Positions 8,877-18,027 are shown, numbered from the stretch's first letter. The stretch is DNA of 37,133 nt from an uncultured Chthonomonas sp. (GCA_964509165.1 CAZDWU010000004.1:6525-43657), one strand, 5' to 3'. A program made the numbers and translations. The notes: generated from the sequence alone by a model not told the origin.

Positions 8877-10259
8877 TTACCTTTTGGCCAGGAGCTCCAG
8901 GGCGAGAGCGCGCTGGGTGGCGTGGTCCACAATGGGGGCCGGGTAGTCCGCCGGGGCCATCAGGCCAAGTTGCCAGGGCGCGTGGATGTCTTTGGCATCG
9001 AGGTGGGCGATTTCGGGCACCCAACGCCGGATGTACGTGCCCTCCGGGTCGAACTTCAAGCTCTGGGAGACCGGATTGAAGATGCGGAAGTACGGCTGCG
9101 CATCCACCCCCGTGCTGGCGGCCCACTGCCAGCCGCCGTTGTTGCTAGCGAGATCGAAATCGAGGAGGTAGCGGGCAAAGTGGGCTTCCCCATCTTGCCA
9201 AGACACGAGCAAGTCCTTGGTGAGAAAGCTGGCGACAATCATGCGCAGTCGGTTGTGCATCCACCCGGTTTGCTTCAGCTCCCGCAGGGCGGCATCTACG
9301 ATGGGGTAGCCGGTTTGGCCTTGCTTCCATGCCTCCAAGTGTTCCGTAGGGCCGGGCCAGACAAGATCGCGATATTCGGGCTTGAAACTGGTCGTCATGG
9401 CCTGCGGAAACCGGCTCATGATCATTTGGTAGAAGTCCCGCCAGATCAGCTCGTTGAGCCACTTGGTGCTGCCCGCGCTGTCGTGCCGTTGGGCGTGGCG
9501 CACGGCTTCGCGGATGCTGATGGTGCCGAAGCGGAGGTGCACGCTGAGGCCGCTGGTGCCGCTGATGGCGGGGAAATCTCGTCGCTGGCCGTAATGGGGG
9601 AGATCTTGGGTAAAGGTGTCGAGTCGTTCCCTTCCCCCGGATGCGCCGGGCTTCAGCCAGAGCTCGCCTGATTGAAATCCGTAAGTGGCAAGGGGGGCAA
9701 GAGCAGGGGCGGTTTCTGGCAGGTTCGGCCAGAATGTCTTATCGTAAACGGTGCGCTCGGCGACATCGGCCGGCCGAAGCCGCGCACGCCACGCCCGCAT
9801 GTACGGGGTGTAAACCCGGAAGTCACCCCCCGACTGCGTGGTGACCTCCGTGCGTTCAAAGATCACATGATCTTTGAAGGTATTGAGCCTTTGACTTTGT
9901 GATTGCAGGGCCTGCGCCACGCTCTGATCACGCGCGATGGCGTAGGGTTCGTCGTCGTGATTGGCATAAACGGCGTCCACGCGCAGTTCTTGGGCGAGGC
10001 GAGGGATGAGCTCCACCGGGTCGCCGTGCAGAACAATCAGCCGACTGCCTCGGGCGCGCAATACCGCGTCAATCTCAACGAGAGACTCATAGATGAACGT
10101 GACCCGCTTGTCGTCACGATCTTCTAATGCATCGAGGATCAGCGCATCAAAGACGAACACAACCGCCACTCTTTGGTGGTGGGCGGTGGCGGCACTGAGA
10201 GCAGCATGGTCGTGCAGTCGCAAGTCGCGACGAATCCAACACAGTGCATCCCCAGGCAT
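8877..10259 (-). CDS. phrB: Deoxyribodipyrimidine photolyase (class I CPD)
   Basis: WIRRDLRLHDH, TSGLSVHLRFG, WRDFY, TGYPIVDA, GWMHNRLRM, NNGGWQW; start moved to ATG 10259. Confidence 0.93.
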   Translation of the reverse strand: MPGDALCWIRRDLRLHDHAALSAATAHHQRVAVVFVFDALILDALEDRDDKRVTFIYESLVEIDAVLRARGSRLIVLHGDPVELIPRLAQELRVDAVYANHDDEPYAIARDQSVAQALQSQSQRLNTFKDHVIFERTEVTTQSGGDFRVYTPYMRAWRARLRPADVAERTVYDKTFWPNLPETAPALAPLATYGFQSGELWLKPGASGGRERLDTFTQDLPHYGQRRDFPAISGTSGLSVHLRFGTISIREAVRHAQRHDSAGSTKWLNELIWRDFYQMIMSRFPQAMTTSFKPEYRDLVWPGPTEHLEAWKQGQTGYPIVDAALRELKQTGWMHNRLRMIVASFLTKDLLVSWQDGEAHFARYLLDFDLASNNGGWQWAASTGVDAQPYFRIFNPVSQSLKFDPEGTYIRRWVPEIAHLDAKDIHAPWQLGLMAPADYPAPIVDHATQRALALELLAKR

Positions 10260-10270
10260 GGCACGGGATT

Positions 10271-11272
10271 CTACGGTTGGAACTCGGGCCAGTTTGCCAA
10301 GTCCTCGTGGCCTTGGAGCACGTCGGCCACAAAGCGCCCGAGCCACGGCCCGAACTTGAAGGCGTGCCCGCTGCACGCGGCCACCACCAACTCCCGCTCG
10401 CTCAGCCAGAAGATGCGGAAGGCATCGTCCTTCGCGTTGGTGTAGAGGCACGGCACCACATCCACCACTTCGCCGGTGCATTGGGGTAGCCGGTGGCGGG
10501 CGGCGTCGGCGGTGCGCGCCACGATCGCGGCATCCGGTTCGCTCGCGCTCCCGGGCACCGTGTCCGGCCCCGGCGAGTGGAGCGCCACCTTCACCGTGGA
10601 CTCGCCCGGTTCATTCGGGAAGCCGTAAGGGTGGTCATCCGCGGCTTCAATCCACACCGGGCCCTCGTGGTGACCCCGCAGGTACACCGCCCACTGCCGG
10701 GTCACGCGCAGGCCCAATTGGGGGAGCTTCGCTGCGATCCACGGCCCCACCGTCCACACGGTGTAGCCCTCCGGGGCGGGTTGGTCTAGTGCGGTTCCCA
10801 CTTCGCGCGCTCCCGCCGCCCGCGCGGCGCGAAGTGCGGCGGCGCGGGCCTGGTCGGCATTCACCCAGCCGGCGCGGGGTGTGGAAATCGCCGCCTCACC
10901 TGGGTGCAAACGCAGGGTGTCGGTGCCGGTGGTCACCCAGTCGTAGGCCACGCCGCAAGCGTCCAGTCCCTCGCGCCCCGTGGCCAGCTCTTCGTGGTCG
11001 GCTGGGCCGAGGTACCACAAGCCCACTTCGTTCACCAACGCTTCGTCGGCCCATTGCTCTAGCACGCGCCAATCGTCATAGCCTTCAGACAGAATCTTTG
11101 TCCAAAACGGCTCCGGGTAAGCCTGCCGCACAATGCGTGACCGGCCATGGGAGCTGCCTTCCGAGTGGTCATTCGGCCGGGGATCGTAAAGAGTGACATC
11201 CACCCCGCGCCGGGCCAAAGTGGCCGCCACGCACCGGCCCGTGATGCCCGCCCCGGCAACAGAAACCTGCAT
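10271..11272 (-). CDS. FAD-dependent amine oxidase, monomeric sarcosine oxidase/SolA-like
   Basis: GAGITG Rossmann motif, GSSHGRSRIVR, CLYT (covalent-FAD Cys position), SGHAFKFGP. Confidence 0.85.
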   Translation of the reverse strand: MQVSVAGAGITGRCVAATLARRGVDVTLYDPRPNDHSEGSSHGRSRIVRQAYPEPFWTKILSEGYDDWRVLEQWADEALVNEVGLWYLGPADHEELATGREGLDACGVAYDWVTTGTDTLRLHPGEAAISTPRAGWVNADQARAAALRAARAAGAREVGTALDQPAPEGYTVWTVGPWIAAKLPQLGLRVTRQWAVYLRGHHEGPVWIEAADDHPYGFPNEPGESTVKVALHSPGPDTVPGSASEPDAAIVARTADAARHRLPQCTGEVVDVVPCLYTNAKDDAFRIFWLSERELVVAACSGHAFKFGPWLGRFVADVLQGHEDLANWPEFQP

Positions 11273-11276
11273 TAAC

Positions 11277-12689
11277 CTACATCCCGTGCGGAGGCCGCAG
11301 GGCCAGCCACGCCGCCCCCATCAGGCCGGCGTTATCGCCGTAAGGGGTTAGCTCAACATCGTCCAAATGCGGCAACAACCAGTCAGCGGTGCCCACGCCG
11401 CCCGCCATCACCACGACCTCGGGGTGATAGAGCCCGCGCGCCGTCCGCAGCGCATATTGCGCCGCCGCAATGGCGGCTTCCCGCTGCGCGGCATCCGGTT
11501 CTCGGCCCAGGGCCGCCCCGCCCAGCACATCTTCGCACCGCTCGCCGGTGGGCAAGCGCAGGTCGTTGAGGCGGGGGTATTCGCCCTGCGGCCCCACCAG
11601 CAATCGCATCTGGTCCACCAACCCGGCCCCCACCCCGGTGCCGAAGGCCAGGGTCAAGACCCGCCGCCCCGCCCAGGCGGAGTGCTGGGCGTGCCCCCAC
11701 GCGCAGGCGAGGCCGTCATTGAGGGCCACAGTGGGCACGCTCAAAGCCCACGACTCGCCAATCTGGCCAGGAATGATGCCCAAAGACTCCCAAATCTGCC
11801 CGGTCTTGGGGTGAATAGTGCCTCCGGCGGCGATACCGACTCGGCCAACCCCCGAAGAGGCCACCCGGGATTCAATCCACGCCAGGCGCTCCTCGTGAGT
11901 CTCGGGCCGCGCAATACGTTCGACCGAGGCCACCTCGCCCGAAGCACTCACCACCGCAAAGCGCAGCCAGGTTCCGCCCAGGTCCACCGCCCCCACGCGG
12001 TCGGCGGCCGGCCTCGTTGCGGTTACAAAACGGCGCGTCTGCTTGGTGGGGTCGTTGAGGGCGCCGCCCATCACGATGCCGCTGGCCCCGCGCCGCATGG
12101 CCGCCCACACCTGGGCTTCGGATTGATAGCGGCCTTCGGCCAGCACCAGCGCCCCTCGCCTGGCGGCATGCGCCACCAATTCCAAGTCCGGCCCTTCGCC
12201 CAAGCCAGATGTGGCGGGCGTATAGCCGCTCAGAGTGGTGCCAATGACATCAAATCCCAAGGCCACGGCCTGGTCCACACTCGCGGGGGTGTCGCAATCG
12301 GCCATCGCCACCCGACCGGCGGCGTGCACCCGCGCCACCAGGTCCGCCAGGGCCACTCCCCCGGGGCGGGTTCGGTCAGTGGCATCCATCGCCACCACCT
12401 CGCATCCCAGGTCAATCAGCGCCTCCACTTCGGCCATCGTCGGCGTGATAAAGACCTCCGAATCCGGATAAGTCCGCTTCATCAAACCCACACACGGCAG
12501 TCCGGTAGCGGTCCGAATCGCCGCAATCGGCTCCACCCCTTCCAAGCGCAGGAAGCGCACCCCCTCGCGCTGATGCTGGCGGGCCGCCTCCACCAAAAAG
12601 TCCACCGGTGCGGTCACGCCGGGGGCGGGCTGCACACTCGCCACCAGCGGGCACTCAGCCAGCAACCCAGCCAATTCAAAGCGGGTCAC
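11277..12689 (-). CDS. Fused N-acetylmannosamine-6-phosphate 2-epimerase (NanE) and ROK-family kinase
   Basis: N half: VASVQ, GLMKR, ITPT, DATDRTRP, MADC, GTTLSGYT, AEGR. C half: VDLGGT, NDG, GTGVGAG. GTG start overlaps the UDG stop (GTGA). Confidence 0.85.
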   Translation of the reverse strand: MTRFELAGLLAECPLVASVQPAPGVTAPVDFLVEAARQHQREGVRFLRLEGVEPIAAIRTATGLPCVGLMKRTYPDSEVFITPTMAEVEALIDLGCEVVAMDATDRTRPGGVALADLVARVHAAGRVAMADCDTPASVDQAVALGFDVIGTTLSGYTPATSGLGEGPDLELVAHAARRGALVLAEGRYQSEAQVWAAMRRGASGIVMGGALNDPTKQTRRFVTATRPAADRVGAVDLGGTWLRFAVVSASGEVASVERIARPETHEERLAWIESRVASSGVGRVGIAAGGTIHPKTGQIWESLGIIPGQIGESWALSVPTVALNDGLACAWGHAQHSAWAGRRVLTLAFGTGVGAGLVDQMRLLVGPQGEYPRLNDLRLPTGERCEDVLGGAALGREPDAAQREAAIAAAQYALRTARGLYHPEVVVMAGGVGTADWLLPHLDDVELTPYGDNAGLMGAAWLALRPPHGM

Positions 12690-13336
12690 GCGCCCACCTC
12701 CGGCAAGCTCAATTTCGGGGTCGTTTTGCCCGCCGCGCGCAGTTCGCAGGCCAGGCGCCACGCCTTGGTTATGTCATCCACCAGCAGGCTAAATCCGCCG
12801 TCGTGGGTGGCACTGCTCTGCCGCAAAATGTACGCCGGGTGCAGGGTGGCCATGGTCGCGCGGGCGTAAGCCGAAGGAAAAACCACCCCCCGCTCCTTGG
12901 TGATCTTGAAGTCCTCCCGAATCAGGTTCTTCGCGCTCGGCGCGCCAATGCACAGCACCATCGTCGGCGCAATCAAGTTCAATTGCGGCAGCAGCCACTG
13001 GCGGCAGGCCTGCGTCTCCTCGTCGGAAGGCGGGCGGTTGTAGGCCTTGCCGTCCCGCCAATCGCAAGCGCGGCACTTCACCGTGTTGCAGATGTAAACG
13101 GCCTCGGTGGCCAGCCCGGCCTCGGCAATGGCTTTGTCTAGCAGTTGCCCGGCCCGGCCCACAAAGGGGATGCCCGTGCGGTCTTCGTCGGCCCCGGGGC
13201 CTTCCCCCACCAGCACCAGCGGCGAACCCGGATCGCCCTTCCCGAACACCACATTCGTTCGGCGTTCGCTCAGCTGGCAGGCCGTGCACCCCGAGGCCGC
13301 CGCTCGCAGTTCATCAAGCGCCGGGAGCATCCGCAT
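12686..13336 (-). CDS. Uracil-DNA glycosylase, family 4 (Fe-S)
   Basis: CxxC, GEGPG, PFVGRAG, NTVKCR, NRPP, HPAYILR. Confidence 0.93.
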   Translation of the reverse strand: MRMLPALDELRAAASGCTACQLSERRTNVVFGKGDPGSPLVLVGEGPGADEDRTGIPFVGRAGQLLDKAIAEAGLATEAVYICNTVKCRACDWRDGKAYNRPPSDEETQACRQWLLPQLNLIAPTMVLCIGAPSAKNLIREDFKITKERGVVFPSAYARATMATLHPAYILRQSSATHDGGFSLLVDDITKAWRLACELRAAGKTTPKLSLPEVGA

Positions 13337-13820
13337 CCGCCGCCGCTTTCAGGTGGTCGTAGGCCGATTCGAGGCTCTGAGGAATCACGCGCACGTCGGC
13401 CACCGTGGTCATGAAGTTGGTATCACCTCGCCAGCGCGGCACGATGTGCCAGTGGAGGTGCGTGGGGATGCCCGCCCCGCCCGCCTGGCCGAGATTGACG
13501 CCCACGTTGAAGCCCTCGGGCTTGTAAACCGCCTCAATCCAGCGCATGGCCCGGGCGACAAGCTGATTGATTTCCAGCAGTTCCGCGTCGTCCAGTTCGT
13601 CCATGCGGGCGGTGTGCTTGTAGGGCGCCACCATCAGGTGCCCGCTGGTGTACGGGAAGGCGTTGAGCATCACAAAGGCCGTCCGCCCCCGGTACAAAAT
13701 GAGGTTACGACGGTCGTCCGATTGCGCGGGTAGATCCACAAATATGCACCCGCCTTTGGCCTGCGCATCGGCGGTGCTCACATACTCAAATCGCCAGGGT
13801 GCGGCCAGGCGCTCGGGCAT
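13314..13820 (-). CDS. HIT-family protein (Ap4A hydrolase/phosphorylase-like)
   Basis: APWR, NAFPYTSGHLMV, GFNVGVNLG..GAGI, HLHWH triad, PRW.GD.NF. Confidence 0.9.
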   Translation of the reverse strand: MPERLAAPWRFEYVSTADAQAKGGCIFVDLPAQSDDRRNLILYRGRTAFVMLNAFPYTSGHLMVAPYKHTARMDELDDAELLEINQLVARAMRWIEAVYKPEGFNVGVNLGQAGGAGIPTHLHWHIVPRWRGDTNFMTTVADVRVIPQSLESAYDHLKAAADADAPGA

Positions 13821-13824
13821 GCCC

Positions 13825-14406
13825 TTAGTCTGACACGCCGCGCGCCAGCAGAATCGCTTCCGCCACCTCGCGCATGGACTTCCGGGCGTTCATGCTCTGC
13901 TGTTGAATGCGGCGGTAAGCCTCGTCCTCGCTCAAGCCGCGGTCGGCCATCAGGGCGCCCTTCGCGCGCTCCACCAGCTTCCGGGTTTCGATCCGGTCGC
14001 GGAGGTCGGCCACTTCTTTGTTCAGCTGTCGATTGGTTTCAAAGCGGCTGCGGGCCACCTGGATCGCGGGCGCCAGGTGGCTGGGGTTGAAAGGCTTGAC
14101 CAGATAGCCGTAAACGCCGGCTTCTTGGGCACGGACGATGAGCTCTTGGTCGCTGTAAGCCGTCAACAGCACGGTGGGGGCAATGCCTTCATCGGTGATC
14201 TCGCGGGCCGCGTCAATGCCGTCTTTCACGGGCATCTTCACGTCCAGCACCACCACGTCGGGTTCCAGGCGGCGGGCCAGGTCGACGGCGACGGCCCCGT
14301 CTTCGGCCTCGGCCACCACTTCGAATCCCAGCTTGTGAAGCATCTGCTTCACGTCCAGCCGGATGATCGGATCGTCGTCCGCAATAATTACGCGTAGGGG
14401 AGTCAT
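13825..14406 (-). CDS. Response regulator with ANTAR RNA-binding output domain (PdtaR-like)
   Basis: Receiver domain (ADDD, DVKMP, LTA, KPF) plus ANTAR motif ETRKLVERAKGALM..SEDEAY..SM..MREVAEAI; ATG 14406 has GAGG SD. Confidence 0.92.
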   Translation of the reverse strand: MTPLRVIIADDDPIIRLDVKQMLHKLGFEVVAEAEDGAVAVDLARRLEPDVVVLDVKMPVKDGIDAAREITDEGIAPTVLLTAYSDQELIVRAQEAGVYGYLVKPFNPSHLAPAIQVARSRFETNRQLNKEVADLRDRIETRKLVERAKGALMADRGLSEDEAYRRIQQQSMNARKSMREVAEAILLARGVSD

Positions 14407-14508
14407 GGTCTCTTTCCTCTCGAAAGGAGAGCGATCCACGCTGACCGCCACGTTTAGGATACACGCCGGGGCGCAGAGGGTGCCGGGTGACCCTGCTAAA
14501 CTGGCCTA

Positions 14509-15387
14509 ATGAGTCCGGCCCTGCGCGCATTGCTCCACGAAGTGATTGACTATGCCGGTCAGTTCCCCCCGGCGGCGTTGAGCTTGGCCGATGCGTCCGC
14601 CGAATTCCAGGCCATCATGGGCAGCCCGGACCGGTTCTGGACCCGGCGCTTCATCGTCAAGGCGCCGCAGCTCAGCGAACTTTCGGGCACTTTGCAAGAG
14701 ACCCCGCTCGCGATCGTGGCGCGCCCGGCGGCCGAGGGGCTCCGCGCTCAACTCACCACCATCGTGGACGAAATCGCGGCTCTGGTGGAAGAAGATGGCC
14801 ACCCGGAGAGTTTAGAAATCGCCATCCCGCCGAACGAAGCCGCCCTCAAGGAAGCCCTGGGCGTGATGAAGAAGCGCGCCGACGATCTCGCCGGAACGCA
14901 GGTTTACTTTGAACTCGGGTGGGGTGATGACCTCCCCGACCTGATGAGCGAAGCCGCCAGCACCTGGGAGGATGTGGGGTTCAAGGCCCGCACCGGGGGT
15001 GTCACCGCCGCCGAGTTTCCGAGCCCGGCGCGCCTGGCCGAATTTCTGCACACCGCCACCAGTCTGGACCTTCCGTTCAAGCTCACCGCCGGCCTGCACG
15101 ACCCGATGACGCACGAGGATGAAGAGCTGGGCGTGACCCGCTTTGGGTTCCTCAATGCTCTCGGCGCGGCCGCCCTCGCCCGCAGCGAGGACCTCAGCAC
15201 ACGCGAAGTTCACGACCTTCTCCTCGCGGAAGATGTGCGCGATGGCGCGGCGGGCTTAAGCCTGGGTGACTACACCCTGGACGAAAGCGCCGCCCACGAT
15301 TTTCGATCGATCTTTGGTGGATTCGGCTCCTGCAGCGTGGCCGAACCCCGCGACGGCCTCGCGGCCTTTTTCAAGCACAACTCATGA
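14509..15387 (+). CDS. Conserved hypothetical protein coupled to fahA
   Basis: IDYAGQFPP, GFKARTGG, FKLTAGLH, FGFLN and FGSCS..EP motifs; stop overlaps the fahA start (ATGA). Confidence 0.8.
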   Translation: MSPALRALLHEVIDYAGQFPPAALSLADASAEFQAIMGSPDRFWTRRFIVKAPQLSELSGTLQETPLAIVARPAAEGLRAQLTTIVDEIAALVEEDGHPESLEIAIPPNEAALKEALGVMKKRADDLAGTQVYFELGWGDDLPDLMSEAASTWEDVGFKARTGGVTAAEFPSPARLAEFLHTATSLDLPFKLTAGLHDPMTHEDEELGVTRFGFLNALGAAALARSEDLSTREVHDLLLAEDVRDGAAGLSLGDYTLDESAAHDFRSIFGGFGSCSVAEPRDGLAAFFKHNS

Positions 15388-16643
15388 AGACTTTCTCCAT
15401 CCCCGCCAGCGCGAAATCCTGGATTGATATCCCGGCCGACAGCCCGTTCCCGATTCAGAACATCCCCTTCGGCCTGGCCGACATTAAAGGGCAGGGCGAG
15501 ACGATGGTCGCCGCGATTGGCCCCTATGCGCTGGACTTGCTGGCGCTGAGCGAAGCTGGGCTGATTGACGACAGCGAGTTTCCGGTCCTGGAGTCGTTTA
15601 TCGACATGGACCGGGAGAAGCTGAGCTACCTGCGCCAGGTGGTTTTCAACCTGCTCCGGCACGACCACGATGCCCTGCGCACCCGGGAGAAGCTGCAAAA
15701 GCGGGCGATGATCCCGCTGGAGAAGGCGAACCTGCAGGTGCCGATCCCGCCGATGGCTTACGTGGACTTCTATAGCGGCATCCACCACGCCCGCAATGTG
15801 GGACAGATGTTCCGCCCGCAAGGCGACCCGCTTCTCCCCAACTACCGCTGGGTGCCGATTGGCTACAACGGCCGCGCCAACACGGTGGTGGCCTCGGGCA
15901 CGCCGATCATCCGCCCCAAGGGCCAAATCAAGGCCGCCGATGCGGAAGCGCCCGAATGGGGCCCCTGCCGCGAACTGGACTTTGAACTCGAAATGGGCTT
16001 CTACGTGGGCAGCGGGGTGGACATGGGCCGCCGTATCCCCACCACGCAGGCGGAAGAGCACATCTTGGGCCTCGTCATCGTGAATGACTGGAGCGCCCGG
16101 GACGTGCAGCGGTGGGAATACCAGCCGCTCGGCCCGTTCCTGGCCAAGTCGTTTGCCACCAGCGTGTCGCCGTGGATTGTGACCCTGGACGCTCTGGAGC
16201 CGTTCCGCATCGAAGGCATGGCGCAAGACCCCGAGCCGCTGCCCTATCTGCGCCAGAAGGGCAAGCCGCACTTTGACGTCCAGCTCGAAGTCAGCATCAA
16301 GACGGGCAGCATGAAGACCCCGCAGGTGATCTGCCGCAGCAACATGAGCAACCTGTATTGGTCCATCGCCCAGCAGCTGGCCCACCAGACGAGCAATGGC
16401 ACCCCGGTGGAACTCGGCGACCTCTACGCCACGGGCACCATCAGCGGGGAGACCCCGGATTCGTTCGGGTCACTACTCGAACTCACATGGAAGGGCGAGC
16501 GACCGTTGACGATGGAAGAGAGCAACGAGCGCCGCACATTCTTGCACGATGGCGACACGGTCATCATGACGGCCTACGCGCAAGGCGACGGCTATCGCAT
16601 TGGGTTTGGCGAGGTGCGCGGCACCATCAAGCCCGCCCTGTAA
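15384..16643 (+). CDS. fahA: Fumarylacetoacetase
   Basis: FPIQNIPFG, DFYSGIHHA.NVG, PIGYNGRA, LDFELE, NDWSARDVQ.WEYQPLGPF, GTISG. Confidence 0.95.
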   Translation: MKTFSIPASAKSWIDIPADSPFPIQNIPFGLADIKGQGETMVAAIGPYALDLLALSEAGLIDDSEFPVLESFIDMDREKLSYLRQVVFNLLRHDHDALRTREKLQKRAMIPLEKANLQVPIPPMAYVDFYSGIHHARNVGQMFRPQGDPLLPNYRWVPIGYNGRANTVVASGTPIIRPKGQIKAADAEAPEWGPCRELDFELEMGFYVGSGVDMGRRIPTTQAEEHILGLVIVNDWSARDVQRWEYQPLGPFLAKSFATSVSPWIVTLDALEPFRIEGMAQDPEPLPYLRQKGKPHFDVQLEVSIKTGSMKTPQVICRSNMSNLYWSIAQQLAHQTSNGTPVELGDLYATGTISGETPDSFGSLLELTWKGERPLTMEESNERRTFLHDGDTVIMTAYAQGDGYRIGFGEVRGTIKPAL

Positions 16644-16652
16644 GGAACGCGC

Positions 16653-17204
16653 ATGAAGATTCACGCCGAAGACGCCGTCATCGTGGTCATTGATGAGCAG
16701 CCGACCTTTTTGGCGGCGATTCACGAAGCCGACCGGGTGGTCCACCGCACGCAGTTCCTTTTGGAAGCCGCGAAGCTCTTGAACATCCCCGTGCTGGCCA
16801 CCGAGCAGTATCCCGAGCGCATGGGCGGCACCCACGAGGCGATTGCCCCGCTGGTGAGCCAGCCCATCGTTGGCAAAATGGCGTTCAGCGCGGCGGGGGC
16901 GGAGGCCTTTGTGGCGCAACTCGAAGCGACTCAGCGCAACCAAGTGGTGTTGGTCGGCATTGAGAGCCACATCTGCGTGACGCAAACCGCCGTGGACTTG
17001 CTGGGGTCGGAATACGACGTGTTCCTGGCCGAGGACGCCATCAGCGCCCGGAGTGCGGGGATGCACACGGTAGCCATGCAGCGCCTACGCGACATTGGCG
17101 CGGTCATCACCCACACCGAGAGCGTGGTCTACGAAGCCATGGGCGGGGCGGACCACGGGGCGTTCCGCGACGTTCTGGGCTTGGTCAAACGATTCGCAGG
17201 GTAA
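16653..17204 (+). CDS. Isochorismatase-family cysteine hydrolase (ISOC2/YcaC-like)
   Basis: VIDEQ, TEQYP, K..FS, GIESHICV.QT. Confidence 0.88.
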   Translation: MKIHAEDAVIVVIDEQPTFLAAIHEADRVVHRTQFLLEAAKLLNIPVLATEQYPERMGGTHEAIAPLVSQPIVGKMAFSAAGAEAFVAQLEATQRNQVVLVGIESHICVTQTAVDLLGSEYDVFLAEDAISARSAGMHTVAMQRLRDIGAVITHTESVVYEAMGGADHGAFRDVLGLVKRFAG

Positions 17205-17433
17205 GGGGAACCCGTCGTAAGTCCCGGTGGAACGGGGCAGAATCCTAGTTCCACCGAAGGGAAAAGGAAGGAAAGAGGTATCTTTCCGTTCCCTGTGCGC
17301 GAGCGAGCGCGAGTTCTATTGTGCGCAGGACCCACAACCAAGCCACAGGCGAGGTGTCGACTCGTTTCTTTCCGGACGAATCCGAACGGAGAAACGGTGC
17401 GCGGCAAACCGGCCCGGGAACGGCGGGACAAAC

Positions 17434-17619
17434 ATGGCTAAGAAAGCACTCATTGAAAAAGCGAAGCGGAAGCCCAAATTCAGCACGCGCGGTTACAGCC
17501 GCTGCAACCTGTGTGGCCGACCGCACGGTTACTTCCGATACTTCGGCATCTGCCGGATCTGCCTGCGCGAAAACGCTCACAAGGGCAACCTTCCGGGCGT
17601 GGTGAAGTCCAGCTGGTAA
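17434..17619 (+). CDS. rpsN: 30S ribosomal protein S14, short Zn-binding type Z (rpsZ)
   Basis: 61 aa from ATG 17434: [30 protein letters not shown]. Confidence 0.96.
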   Translation: MAKKALIEKAKRKPKFSTRGYSRCNLCGRPHGYFRYFGICRICLRENAHKGNLPGVVKSSW

Positions 17620-17631
17620 GGAGACAACACG

Positions 17632-18027
17632 ATGCATAGCGATCCGATTGCGGATATGTTCGCGCGGGTGCGCAACGGGCTGGTTGCCCGGCACACCACG
17701 GTGGACGTTCCGATGAGCAAGATTAAAGTGGAACTGGCGAAGGTTCTGGAAGCCGAAGGCTTCATCGACGGCTGGGAAGTGGTGCAGGAAACGAAGTTCC
17801 CTGTCATCCGCATCAAGCTGAAGTACGACCAGCGCCGCCGACCGATGATTCATCAACTGCGCCGCGTGAGCACGCCCGGCCTGCGCGTTTATAAGGGTTC
17901 GAACGAGCTTCGCCCGATTCGCAGCGGCTTGGCCACGCGCATCATCACCACCCCGCTGGGCGTGATGACCGACCGCGAGGCGCGACGACGCAAAGTCGGG
18001 GGCGAGGTCCTCGGCGAAGTTTGGTAA
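17632..18027 (+). CDS. rpsH: 30S ribosomal protein S8
   Basis: DPIADM..RVRN, STPGLRVY, GGEVLGEVW. Confidence 0.97.
   Translation: MHSDPIADMFARVRNGLVARHTTVDVPMSKIKVELAKVLEAEGFIDGWEVVQETKFPVIRIKLKYDQRRRPMIHQLRRVSTPGLRVYKGSNELRPIRSGLATRIITTPLGVMTDREARRRKVGGEVLGEVW

Noticed and set aside
12686-13336. UdgX assignment
   Set aside because: Lacks the KRRIH loop and keeps the family-4 VKCR
17227-17433. Remnant of rplE or an N-terminal extension of S14
   Set aside because: The upstream translation shows no L5-like motifs; the region looks non-coding and hairpin-rich
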